64,000 bases of DNA from IMG/VR virus record IMGVR_UViG_3300032164_000001; one strand, 5' to 3'. The translations under genes and the position numbers were made by a program. This document shows, piece after piece, positions 55,633 through 63,530 of the stretch (within the stretch, counting starts at the first letter, position 1; the number at the start of each line of letters is the position of its first letter). The stretch comes from a virus. The notes below the pieces were generated by a model. It was given only the letters and a program-made list of their open reading frames with translations. It did not search any database and had not been told where the DNA came from.

Positions 55633-56228
55633 TGCAAAAGGAGCGGCCCTGGCCAAAGGTTGCCGTTGTCGGAATAGGCGCCCTGGGTTCGCATGTCGTC
55701 TTGCTTGCTCGGAATTGGAAGGCGAAGCTGCGTGTCATCGACGGCGACAAGGTCGAGCAGAAGAATGTGCTGGCACAGATGCATTCAGAGCTAGGGAAGG
55801 GGAGGAACAAGGCTGCGGCACTTAAGGTGTTGATGCAGGGCATGTTCCGCCTGGAGATAGAAGCCTTCCCCGTGAAGGTCAACGAATGGAACTTGAAGGG
55901 GCTGCTCGGTGAGATGGCGCTGATCATCGACTGCACCGACAACGTGGCGGCTCGAAACTGCATCAAGTCGTTTGCACTGAAGGATGAGATTCCTTGCCTG
56001 CATGTGTGCTTATCGGCTGATGGAATGCTGGCCCGAGTGGTGTGGGCTCAACAGAACTTCAAGGCTGACAAAGAGAGTGGAGACGGAGCGACGTGTGAGG
56101 ACGGGGCGAATGTGTGGTTCCACGCGATGGCGGCTGCACTCGTCGTGCGACTGGCCCAGCAGTTCCTGCTCGATGGTCGAATGGAAAGCTGGATGCTTGC
56201 GCCAGCAGCTCTCCTCAGGATAGCATAG
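55632..56228 (+). CDS. ThiF/MoeB/E1-family adenylyltransferase
   Basis: VVGIGALGS, IDGDKVEQKN..Q, NKA, IIDCTDN..AR; candidate Cys in ATCE. Confidence 0.9.
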   Translation: MQKERPWPKVAVVGIGALGSHVVLLARNWKAKLRVIDGDKVEQKNVLAQMHSELGKGRNKAAALKVLMQGMFRLEIEAFPVKVNEWNLKGLLGEMALIIDCTDNVAARNCIKSFALKDEIPCLHVCLSADGMLARVVWAQQNFKADKESGDGATCEDGANVWFHAMAAALVVRLAQQFLLDGRMESWMLAPAALLRIA

Positions 56229-56503
56229 AGGAAGACCGATGTTCTTCTACCTGCACTCCGATCATGCCTGTTTAACTCCAATCAAGGAGAGACAGGCATG
56301 CAATACGGGAGCACGACGAAGTTCAAAGTCTGGACGGACATCGATTTCTCGCTCAGTGAACTGAAGGGTCTTCGACGAAGGGGCGTGCTGCAACGACGCT
56401 TCGCCCGCGCGAGAAGATTCTACAAGAACCAGCTCGCCCGCCAGCGCCGTAGCTGGAACAGGAACATCCTTCTGCAAGAGGTAGCAGAAAATAATAATTT
56501 ATC

Positions 56504-56578
56504 TTGACAGATCAGCCTAATTCGATCTAAAATACGGGCGGCTTGGGTGGGGTAAGGTTATTGTATGTAGGGTTTTCT
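56504..56578 (+). promoter_or_regulatory. Repeat A copy 5
   Basis: TTGACA-18-TAAAAT; leader identical to copy 4. Confidence 0.85.
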
Positions 56579-56711
56579 ACGTACTTCCGAGGAGTTATGC
56601 CAACAGTATGCCACGGGTCGGTGTCTGGCCGATCAGAGCGAAGAATCGGTAATCGGGCCAGAGGTCTCCAACGAATGGCTCAGTGAGCCAAGTGAATGGT
56701 TCGGCGAACCA

Positions 56712-57026
56712 TCACCCGTTTGAGCATGCTGGCTGGGGTAGGCCGGCTATCTTGCAAGCGAGGGACAATCCCGCGGGGAACAGCTTGTAGAGCGTCGTCA
56801 GCGTGAGCTTGCACCCGGTGCAGACCTCGCGAACGTGTGGCGAGCGGTGCTTGCTGACATAGAAGCACCTGAGAAACTCGATGACCTCGATGTGTGGCAC
56901 GTCGAGCTCGAGGCCGAGCTTCCGGGCATAGGAGACGGCAATGGGCGGCTCCCAGTCACTTGCATGGACGAAGTAGCCGTTGCCATCCAGTTGGATGATA
57001 CGGCCAAGGGTGTTCAACGTCTTCAC
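56712..57026 (-). CDS. TusE/DsrC/DsvC-family sulfur relay protein
   Basis: LDGNGY..DW..IA..A..L..H..VI.FLR.FY..P..LY.LFP.G..ACKIAGLP.P.C. Confidence 0.9.
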   Translation of the reverse strand: MKTLNTLGRIIQLDGNGYFVHASDWEPPIAVSYARKLGLELDVPHIEVIEFLRCFYVSKHRSPHVREVCTGCKLTLTTLYKLFPAGLSLACKIAGLPQPACSNG

Positions 57027-57268
57027 TTCGGCGTCAGGCTGGCAAGAAGTCCGTCCATGACGCCATCGATGATCTTGTCGAGAGCCTCGTCGACGGCTGT
57101 GTCAACAGCGTCATCGGGGAGAGGGATCTCAACGGAAAAGGTGTCGGAGTCGTCTGAACCGGAATGCTCTGCATCTTCTGAGCCGGAATGCTCTGCATCT
57201 TCTGAGCCGGAATGCTCTGCATCTTCACCTGGGTCATATTTACACACATATGCTGAAAATTCTTTCAT
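57023..57268 (-). CDS. Small acidic protein with 3x EDAEHSGS (24-bp tandem repeat)
   Basis: Tandem at ~57155-57226. Confidence 0.55.
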   Translation of the reverse strand: MKEFSAYVCKYDPGEDAEHSGSEDAEHSGSEDAEHSGSDDSDTFSVEIPLPDDAVDTAVDEALDKIIDGVMDGLLASLTPK

Positions 57269-57298
57269 ATTGCTGCTGCCGCCTGTAACGTTTCGAAC

Positions 57299-57712
57299 AT
57301 GGACGCACTGAATGGTCAGCTCGACCGTATCCTAGAGTTGATGTTGACGCACAGTGAGTTTTTGAGCAAGCAACAGCTGGAACTGCAGAGTATCACTAAG
57401 CATATGAAGGAGCTAGAACAACGCGTTGCAGGATTGGACAGACAGCAACGGGCTCTGGGTCTCGACTTTCACGCCGTGCATCAGGCCTGCTTGCAGATCT
57501 CCCGGGAGGTCATTTTCTTCACCAATCGGTGCGAAGACCGGGGGAACCGGATTCGAGACATTCTGGGGCAGGTACGGGATGGCGAGCACAGTGAAGCCAC
57601 GGAAGCAGCCGCGGAGTTCATGCGTGCTCTCGAGTGCTCGGGCACACTGGTGGAGGGGATGAAGAAGACCGTATCCAGTGAGTTCCTAGCGATCAAGACG
57701 CCGAAGAAGTAG
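57299..57712 (+). CDS. Coiled-coil hypothetical protein
   Basis: 137-aa ORF. Confidence 0.55.
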   Translation: MDALNGQLDRILELMLTHSEFLSKQQLELQSITKHMKELEQRVAGLDRQQRALGLDFHAVHQACLQISREVIFFTNRCEDRGNRIRDILGQVRDGEHSEATEAAAEFMRALECSGTLVEGMKKTVSSEFLAIKTPKK

Positions 57713-57821
57713 GTCAACAGTATACGTGCCGATCAGGCGACTGCCCACGGGTCGGTGTATGCCGATCGTGTAGCTCCTAGAGAGTCGAGAAGACGTTCTC
57801 TCGAACTACTCCCCGAACAGT

Positions 57822-58451
57822 TTATCCCTTGATCGTGAGCAGTGCCGTGCTGAGTCCGCCGAGGCCGGCTGACTTGGAGCGCTTTGTCAGGTCACGTGAC
57901 TCTGTCACGGTGACGTCGCCAGTCCGGTTCAGAAGGCACTCCATGACCTTGCACCACTTGTTACCCGAGCCAACCGCTGTCTGGATCTCGGCAGTGGTTG
58001 GGGCAACCTGGGTGCCAGTGGTGGCTGGCGCGCCCTTGACGGCAACCATGGTCACGGTGCCCGTCACGTTCTTGCAGACGATGGCAGCCACGCAGGACTT
58101 GCCACTGGTGAGCCCGGTGAGGAACGATCCGGTGTGAATGTTGAAGTCATCCTGCAGCGCGAAGTTCTTCAGCACGCCGCCAACCTCGACCCAGCCTGCC
58201 GCGATGTTACCGGCATTCCACAGGGTGTTGCCGACTCCAGTGGCCTGCGTGGAGGGGGTGGTGGGGGCAACGGCCATGAGGCCCTCGACCACTCCCGAGC
58301 TGTCCGTCTTGGTGAGGCCGAGTTGGGTCTGGAGGGTGACGAAGTCGTCGGCGATGTCACGGAGAAGGGAGGCCAGAGGCGGTGTGGCATCGGTGCCGAA
58401 CGGGACGAGCCCGGCGCCGCCAGAGAGATAGTTCTCAAGAATGGTTCCCAT
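57822..58451 (-). CDS. Putative virion (head decoration-like) protein
   Basis: Thr/Gly/Ala-rich; AGGAG SD; upstream TTGACC-18-TAGAAT promoter. Confidence 0.55.
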   Translation of the reverse strand: MGTILENYLSGGAGLVPFGTDATPPLASLLRDIADDFVTLQTQLGLTKTDSSGVVEGLMAVAPTTPSTQATGVGNTLWNAGNIAAGWVEVGGVLKNFALQDDFNIHTGSFLTGLTSGKSCVAAIVCKNVTGTVTMVAVKGAPATTGTQVAPTTAEIQTAVGSGNKWCKVMECLLNRTGDVTVTESRDLTKRSKSAGLGGLSTALLTIKG

Positions 58452-58644
58452 GATTGCTCTCCTGTCAACAGGAATTGAAGGTGGATATCCGGTCAGCATT
58501 CTAGGCGCTAATGAATCGAATGGTCAAGACAATTTTTGCGTGTATGCCGACAGTGTGTCGGGGGTCGGTGTATGCCGATCAGTGTAAAGTGTCCGTTGGC
58601 GGGCAGAAGAGAAGGAGCGCAACGAAGGATGACAGAGAATCCTT

Positions 58645-58911
58645 CTACTGCTGGGCGGACTTCACCTTGGCGGCCTTGGCGGCCTGGCGTTGAGCCTCGG
58701 CGGCGAGAAGGGTTTGGGCTCCACCGAGATTCGTCTCCACCTTCTCGACGGCGTCGAGGATGGAATCCCTGATGAACTCCGAACGGGAGGAGTAGCCAGC
58801 GGGCCGCCAGGCGGAGTTGAGACGGTCGAGCTCAGCGCTCTCGAGAGTACCGTTGACCATCGTGAGCTTGCGCTCGCTACCATGGGCCAGTGCCTGATCG
58901 ATTCTGGACAT
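58645..58911 (-). CDS. CopG/RHH-family regulator
   Basis: AGYSSRSEFIRDSI. Confidence 0.7.
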   Translation of the reverse strand: MSRIDQALAHGSERKLTMVNGTLESAELDRLNSAWRPAGYSSRSEFIRDSILDAVEKVETNLGGAQTLLAAEAQRQAAKAAKVKSAQQ

Positions 58912-58920
58912 GATTTCTTT

Positions 58921-59136
58921 TTACCTCTTTCTGCTTGTGAGTTTCCTTACCATTTCAACCATGGTAAGGACAGCTGTGGCTGAGGCAGCCACTACGGATT
59001 TGACGAGCCGCCTCGCCTGTGAAGATAGAATGGCCTGCTCCTGTGCTACGGCTTCTTCCCTGGTGTCGTGCGTACCCAGGACCCGCTTACCATCCCGAGT
59101 GTACAAGACCCACTTTCTGCCAACATGCCTTATCAT
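58921..59136 (-). CDS. Small conserved phage protein
   Basis: W.L..RDGKRVLGTHDTREEA..Q..AI. Confidence 0.6.
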   Translation of the reverse strand: MIRHVGRKWVLYTRDGKRVLGTHDTREEAVAQEQAILSSQARRLVKSVVAASATAVLTMVEMVRKLTSRKR

Positions 59137-59437
59137 TTTGAGAGCCCGGGGCTAATCGAGAGACCGCCATAACATGGATTGGATGAAGAAAGCAAGCCTT
59201 AATTATGGGGAGTTGGCGATTCGTGCGTTGAATTTGCTGCATTCACGCTTGAGCCTGCTTTCCTGCCGCAGGAGATGCTGCACGTAGTAGATTAAGCATT
59301 CCTTGGTTGCATGCTCCCAGCAACACGTGAGACCTGGAGCCGCATCTTTCTCGCACTGTCCAAGACTCGCACCGCCAATGCGGACGGAAGGATGCACCGA
59401 GACACGATGAACATGATCACACTTAGTTTTCAAATTG

Positions 59438-59990
59438 ATCCCCATGCGTATGTCAGGCGTCGGTCCTCCCACATACATGGCATGTCAACGGGTTAACCTC
59501 ATGTTGGTCAACAAGCTTTTGCTTAGGCTTGTTCTCAGGTGGAGGGTGTAAGTAGAAAGCGCAGGAGGATGCCAACAGGTCAGTAAAAACCTGCACTTCT
59601 TCTTCATTGAGTGGCTTGCTTGTGACGGTCAATCTTCTCTTGTCTTTGGTAAGAGCGGGAATCAAACGAAACGATTTGGAGATGAGATGTACTGGTGGCC
59701 AGAATGCAGCATCTGCAAACGTTCGTAGGTTCTTACACGATTTACAAGTTACATCAGCAGTCTTCTCTGTCAGCAAGTGTTGTGGGACTGGCAGTAACCG
59801 GTGGCCTGCATGCCCGATTGGGTGGGAGTACGGTCGACATAGAGCTACGGCAGTACCGCGCCAGTCGTATACCTTGAAGTGGACAACCCTTTTCACTTGG
59901 ATCTCCCCTACAGAACTAACTCATCGAGTTGCGGCAGAATAGACTTACACTTCCACTTGAGGAATCCCCATGCGTATGTCAGGCGTCGGT
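59438..59990. repeat. 27-bp exact direct repeat (59438-59464 and 59964-59990)
   Basis: ATCCCCATGCGTATGTCAGGCGTCGGT x2. Confidence 0.9.
59453..59896 (-). CDS. Hypothetical protein bracketed by the 27-bp repeat
   Basis: VH..ALC..VTCKSC motif. Confidence 0.55.
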   Translation of the reverse strand: MKRVVHFKVYDWRGTAVALCRPYSHPIGHAGHRLLPVPQHLLTEKTADVTCKSCKNLRTFADAAFWPPVHLISKSFRLIPALTKDKRRLTVTSKPLNEEEVQVFTDLLASSCAFYLHPPPENKPKQKLVDQHEVNPLTCHVCGRTDA

Positions 59991-60009
59991 GTCGATTCAG
60001 TTGATTGCG

Positions 60010-60052
60010 GCAGTGTAAACAGTGCAAACAGTGTAAACAGTGCAAACAGTGT
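60010..60052. repeat. 9-bp tandem repeat CAGTG(T/C)AAA, ~4.7 copies
   Basis: cagtgtaaa cagtgcaaa cagtgtaaa cagtgcaaa cagtgta. Confidence 0.9.
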
Positions 60053-60245
60053 ACGATAGAAACAGTCTCACGGTCTGCCTTTCCGATCTGGAAACTGACT
60101 CGCGATGACAGCGATCTCAAGAAGTCTGCGTTCATGTCTCAGAGCTTGGTCGAGTTTCACATAGGTAGCGACATGCTTCGTACCAGTGGCGACGTCAAAA
60201 ATCTTGAAGTACACGACGCCGGTGTTGGTGGAGAGCTTGATCATC

Positions 60246-60731
60246 CTACAACTCGATCGGCTTAAACTTGATGCGAGGAGTGTCGGCTATGTTCTCCTTC
60301 GGGGAGCAATCGGTATCAGACAGTGACATGTTCAACTCCTCATTGTGCTGGTGCCCCCAAGAAAGATAGACTTCAACTGCATCGGCATCGTGAAGGGGAA
60401 CATAGTCAAGCTCGAAGAGCCATGCTCCGAAGGATCGCTCCACCGAGCGCTTGCGATCGAGCCATTCTGCATGCTCAACGCGTCGGCGCTCGTAGAGCTC
60501 CTTGGCCTCCTTGACGGTCAGGTCGTTGGGGTAGTCGGCCAGACGCTCCCCTGGCCAGTTGGGCCTTTGCTGCTGCTTGTTGAACTCCTGCTTGGCTTGC
60601 ATGTAGTGATCGAATGCCTTGCGCACGTCGGTTTCGATCCTGCTGTCTGATGCGTCATCCGGGGAGAGCGCGTACGTGTCACCGTGCCATTCTCCGCATC
60701 TGTAGTGCTGCACTCTGACTAGTCTGCGCAT
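60246..60731 (-). CDS. Hypothetical protein
   Basis: 161-aa ORF with GGAG SD. Confidence 0.6.
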   Translation of the reverse strand: MRRLVRVQHYRCGEWHGDTYALSPDDASDSRIETDVRKAFDHYMQAKQEFNKQQQRPNWPGERLADYPNDLTVKEAKELYERRRVEHAEWLDRKRSVERSFGAWLFELDYVPLHDADAVEVYLSWGHQHNEELNMSLSDTDCSPKENIADTPRIKFKPIEL

Positions 60732-60976
60732 GGCTGCTCTTCGGTGATGAAGTAGCTGTTGACGTTCACATGGTGCTTCTTGCTGTTGAACCCAACGACT
60801 CTGCGCTGGACATGCTCCTTGCGGAGAAACCCCTTGAGCACAAGTCGGTCGAGCATGTTCCTTGTGTAGGGCTTGCAGTCCTTGAGCACAGAAGCTAGAT
60901 TTTCGATGGTTGCACCAGGATGCTGCCTGATGAAGTCGAGCAGTTGCATTTGCTGTGGACTCGGAGTGTAGGTCAT
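60719..60976 (-). CDS. Winged-helix DNA-binding protein
   Basis: LLDFIRQHPGATIENLA..LDRLVLKGFL. Confidence 0.65.
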   Translation of the reverse strand: MTYTPSPQQMQLLDFIRQHPGATIENLASVLKDCKPYTRNMLDRLVLKGFLRKEHVQRRVVGFNSKKHHVNVNSYFITEEQPCAD

Positions 60977-61192
60977 TCGGAAACAGTGCTCCCCATGTGT
61001 CAGCTCGGGCGTTGGTGTAAGATCAGCTCGGGAGAACGTGTCAGTTGCACGAGTTGTTCGACAGTGTAATCTTTTGGCCCTGTGAGCACTCCTTCAGGTT
61101 GGACCTGTCTGGCATCACCCGCTGAGCATTTGCCCACAGGGCCACTCAAGGTTCTAGCCGATGGCGCTGTAATTGACAATACTCTATTTTAC

Positions 61193-61465
61193 TCAATCAG
61201 GTCCAAGGCCCAAATGCTGCGAGCAGATGAAGTCCTTCTCCAGAGAAACATCTTGCCATGAACCTCGCAGGTTGAAACGCTTTATCAGGTAGTGCACACG
61301 CTGGTTGGCCAGGTCGAGCTCCCGTGCGATCTCCCTCACGGTCATGTCGGGGAGTGCCCTGCGGATGGCTTCGTTTGTCAGCTCGCGGCAACGCATCGCC
61401 GAGCTCCACATCTCGATGCGGGCCGTTCTCGCCAAACCAAGGAGATGTTTAACTTCCTGTTGCAT
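61193..61465 (-). CDS. HTH protein
   Basis: MTVREIARELDLANQRVHYLIKR. Confidence 0.6.
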   Translation of the reverse strand: MQQEVKHLLGLARTARIEMWSSAMRCRELTNEAIRRALPDMTVREIARELDLANQRVHYLIKRFNLRGSWQDVSLEKDFICSQHLGLGPD

Positions 61466-61751
61466 GTTCTGAATCTGGACTGCCGGTGCCGGTTAAGGAG
61501 TCGCCGTTGGCTGTGTGTGGTTTGCAGCACCGGCAGTCCATCATTCCGGTATGTTGTAGCTGAGATGCGCGCCTGTTGTCAAGCAGATTCGTTACGCCTT
61601 CTTGTTGCGTGTTTTTAGCTTGCATTTTGGTGCAAGGTATTGCAGAGTGGGCCGGTCAGCGTTCAGCAAACAGTTCAAGTATTGAATCGGAAAAACAACT
61701 GGTAAATCGCCGGCTTTGCTGTAGAATTTAGCACGTTTGCCGACTTTTATG

Positions 61752-61826
61752 TTGACATTACACAGCGGTCTAATATAGAATGAGGGCGGTTTGGGTGGGT
61801 TGAGGTTTGTATATGGGGGCTTTCCT
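61752..61826 (+). promoter_or_regulatory. Repeat A copy 6
   Basis: TTGACA-18-TAGAAT-GAGGGCGGTTTGGGTGGGTTGAGGTTTGTATATGGGGG. Confidence 0.8.
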
Positions 61827-61861
61827 GAGCAATACTGTAGACTTGAAGAGGAAATCCCGAA

Positions 61862-62107
61862 ATGGACGAGCAGAAGAAAGCAGTGATCATCCTGCTGAGC
61901 GGTGGTCCGAAGAGCACCCGAGAGGTTGGAGCATTGCTCTACGACGTGTGTGCGAGGAAGTTCCTCGTCAAGGCTCCTGTCAGCTCGGCTGCGGACAGAA
62001 AGAAGGCCTGGGCCAGGAAGCTGCTGTCACGGATGGCAGGGGAGGGTCTGCTGCAACGACGGGAGGATGGACGCTTCGAGGTGACCGAGAAGGGTAAAGA
62101 GGGTTGA
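61862..62107 (+). CDS. Winged-helix protein
   Basis: LSGGPKSTREV..LSRM..EGLL..FEVTEKG. Confidence 0.6.
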   Translation: MDEQKKAVIILLSGGPKSTREVGALLYDVCARKFLVKAPVSSAADRKKAWARKLLSRMAGEGLLQRREDGRFEVTEKGKEG

Positions 62108-62208
62108 GAGTGATGGACATCGTAGCACTCATTGGACTGATCGCGGTGATGCTTTTGTTTGACAAGATACTCGACTGGTTCCGCCTGCAGAGAAGGGAGT
62201 AGTTTGCT

Positions 62209-62625
62209 ATGAAAAGAGATGACGATGAAGACACTGCGATCCCCATGGAAGGGGCCGAAGATGAAGAAATCGAGGAGGACAAGGACGAGGGAATCGACGG
62301 AGGTATCGATGATGATAGCACCGTGGCACATGCGCATCTGCGCCGGTGCATCGCAGAGCTCACAGCGAATGAGGGTGGAGTGGAGGGAACACGCATCCAC
62401 ACCACGGATGATGAAGGACACGCTGAAGTGTTCTTCGACACGGTGGAGGAACTGATCTCTTTTCTCGCCGAGGAAGTGGAGTGCAGCTGGTGCGCCAGCG
62501 CACCCAGGGAGGATGGAGACTGGGTCTTCGACCAACCAGACTTCGAGACGATGGCCCGTGAGCAACTAATCCAGAGCGAACACGCGAAGACGGTGCTACC
62601 GCCGGACTGGCTACTAGAGCTCTAG
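62209..62625 (+). CDS. Acidic hypothetical protein
   Basis: 138-aa ORF, GGAG SD. Confidence 0.55.
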   Translation: MKRDDDEDTAIPMEGAEDEEIEEDKDEGIDGGIDDDSTVAHAHLRRCIAELTANEGGVEGTRIHTTDDEGHAEVFFDTVEELISFLAEEVECSWCASAPREDGDWVFDQPDFETMAREQLIQSEHAKTVLPPDWLLEL

Positions 62626-62736
62626 GTCATGAGTATGTAAAATTCTGTGTAAGTTTATTTGATTGCGCGAAGTGTCAGCAATGCGGGCCAGAGTGTTCCA
62701 TCAGTAAACACTTCCCTTTTGGAGATTCATTCGAAA

Positions 62737-63174
62737 ATGGCTCCTAGAGACAATTCCCATGAGGACATACGCTACAAGCTGATTGGTAAACAAGACAAGA
62801 ATGGAAACGACTACTTCGTTGGCTACTCGACGCACCCCGTGATGCTCGATATGTCGAACGCGGTGTTCTTCTTCTTTCCGTATGGTGACGAAGGAGATGC
62901 CAGATTCGGCGGCGAGCTCGTTATCAAATATAGGGAGAGGAGAGCTGTATCGGCTCGAGGGGAGGGAGAAGAGACAGCTACACCATGCCGAGGGCAAAGC
63001 AGGGAGGGACTACTGGTGGCGGTGAAGGAGCTTCTTCGGTTGCGCTTCGATGTGCTGGAGACGGAGCTCGATATGGTAGACGACATCGATACAGTGGAAC
63101 GGTTGACCGAGCTGCTGGTGAAGGCCGCTACCGTGGGAACGATGGTTGCCTTCATGAAGGAGCTGCGGACGTGA
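62737..63174 (+). CDS. Hypothetical protein
   Basis: GGAG SD; coupled to next gene. Confidence 0.55.
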   Translation: MAPRDNSHEDIRYKLIGKQDKNGNDYFVGYSTHPVMLDMSNAVFFFFPYGDEGDARFGGELVIKYRERRAVSARGEGEETATPCRGQSREGLLVAVKELLRLRFDVLETELDMVDDIDTVERLTELLVKAATVGTMVAFMKELRT

Positions 63175-63530
63175 AGTCGCTAGCACTGTGCTGTCGGTCC
63201 TTTCCGTTGCGCTTTGCGCCAGAGGAGCTCTGGGAAAACTATGAGCATTATGTTGTGGGGAGCAGCGATAGCGATGATGCGTTTGGACGGGGGCCGATAC
63301 GGGATATAGCAATACTGGCTCCAATGCTACGCTATATCGGTTTTCGCGCCGGAAACCCAAACGGTGTCTTATGGACTTGCAACATAGAAGAACCACGGCA
63401 TCTGTACACGTGCATTCATCTGACGAGGGAATCCGGACTCTGTCGAATACAGCACTGGAAGCCAGACATGTGTCGCATCTACATGAACTGCGAGTATCCC
63501 GATTGCGAGAGCGGTTGCAAACCTCTCTAA
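63171..63530 (+). CDS. YkgJ-like Cys-cluster (Zn/Fe-chelating) protein
   Basis: CC..C.HL..GLCRI..KPDMCR.Y. Confidence 0.6.
   Translation: MKSLALCCRSFPLRFAPEELWENYEHYVVGSSDSDDAFGRGPIRDIAILAPMLRYIGFRAGNPNGVLWTCNIEEPRHLYTCIHLTRESGLCRIQHWKPDMCRIYMNCEYPDCESGCKPL

Larger units (their letters stand above)
56611..58580 (+). repeat. Dispersed repeat C (three intergenic copies: 56611-56634, 57745-57767, 58562-58580)
   Basis: GGGTCGGTGTATGCCGATC (first copy GGGTCGGTGTCTGGCCGATC). Confidence 0.8.

Noticed and set aside
59908-60265. Metal-binding proteins with HCLHCL or QCKQCK repeats
   Set aside because: The Cys periodicity is a by-product of a 9-bp DNA tandem repeat; no other support for either ORF
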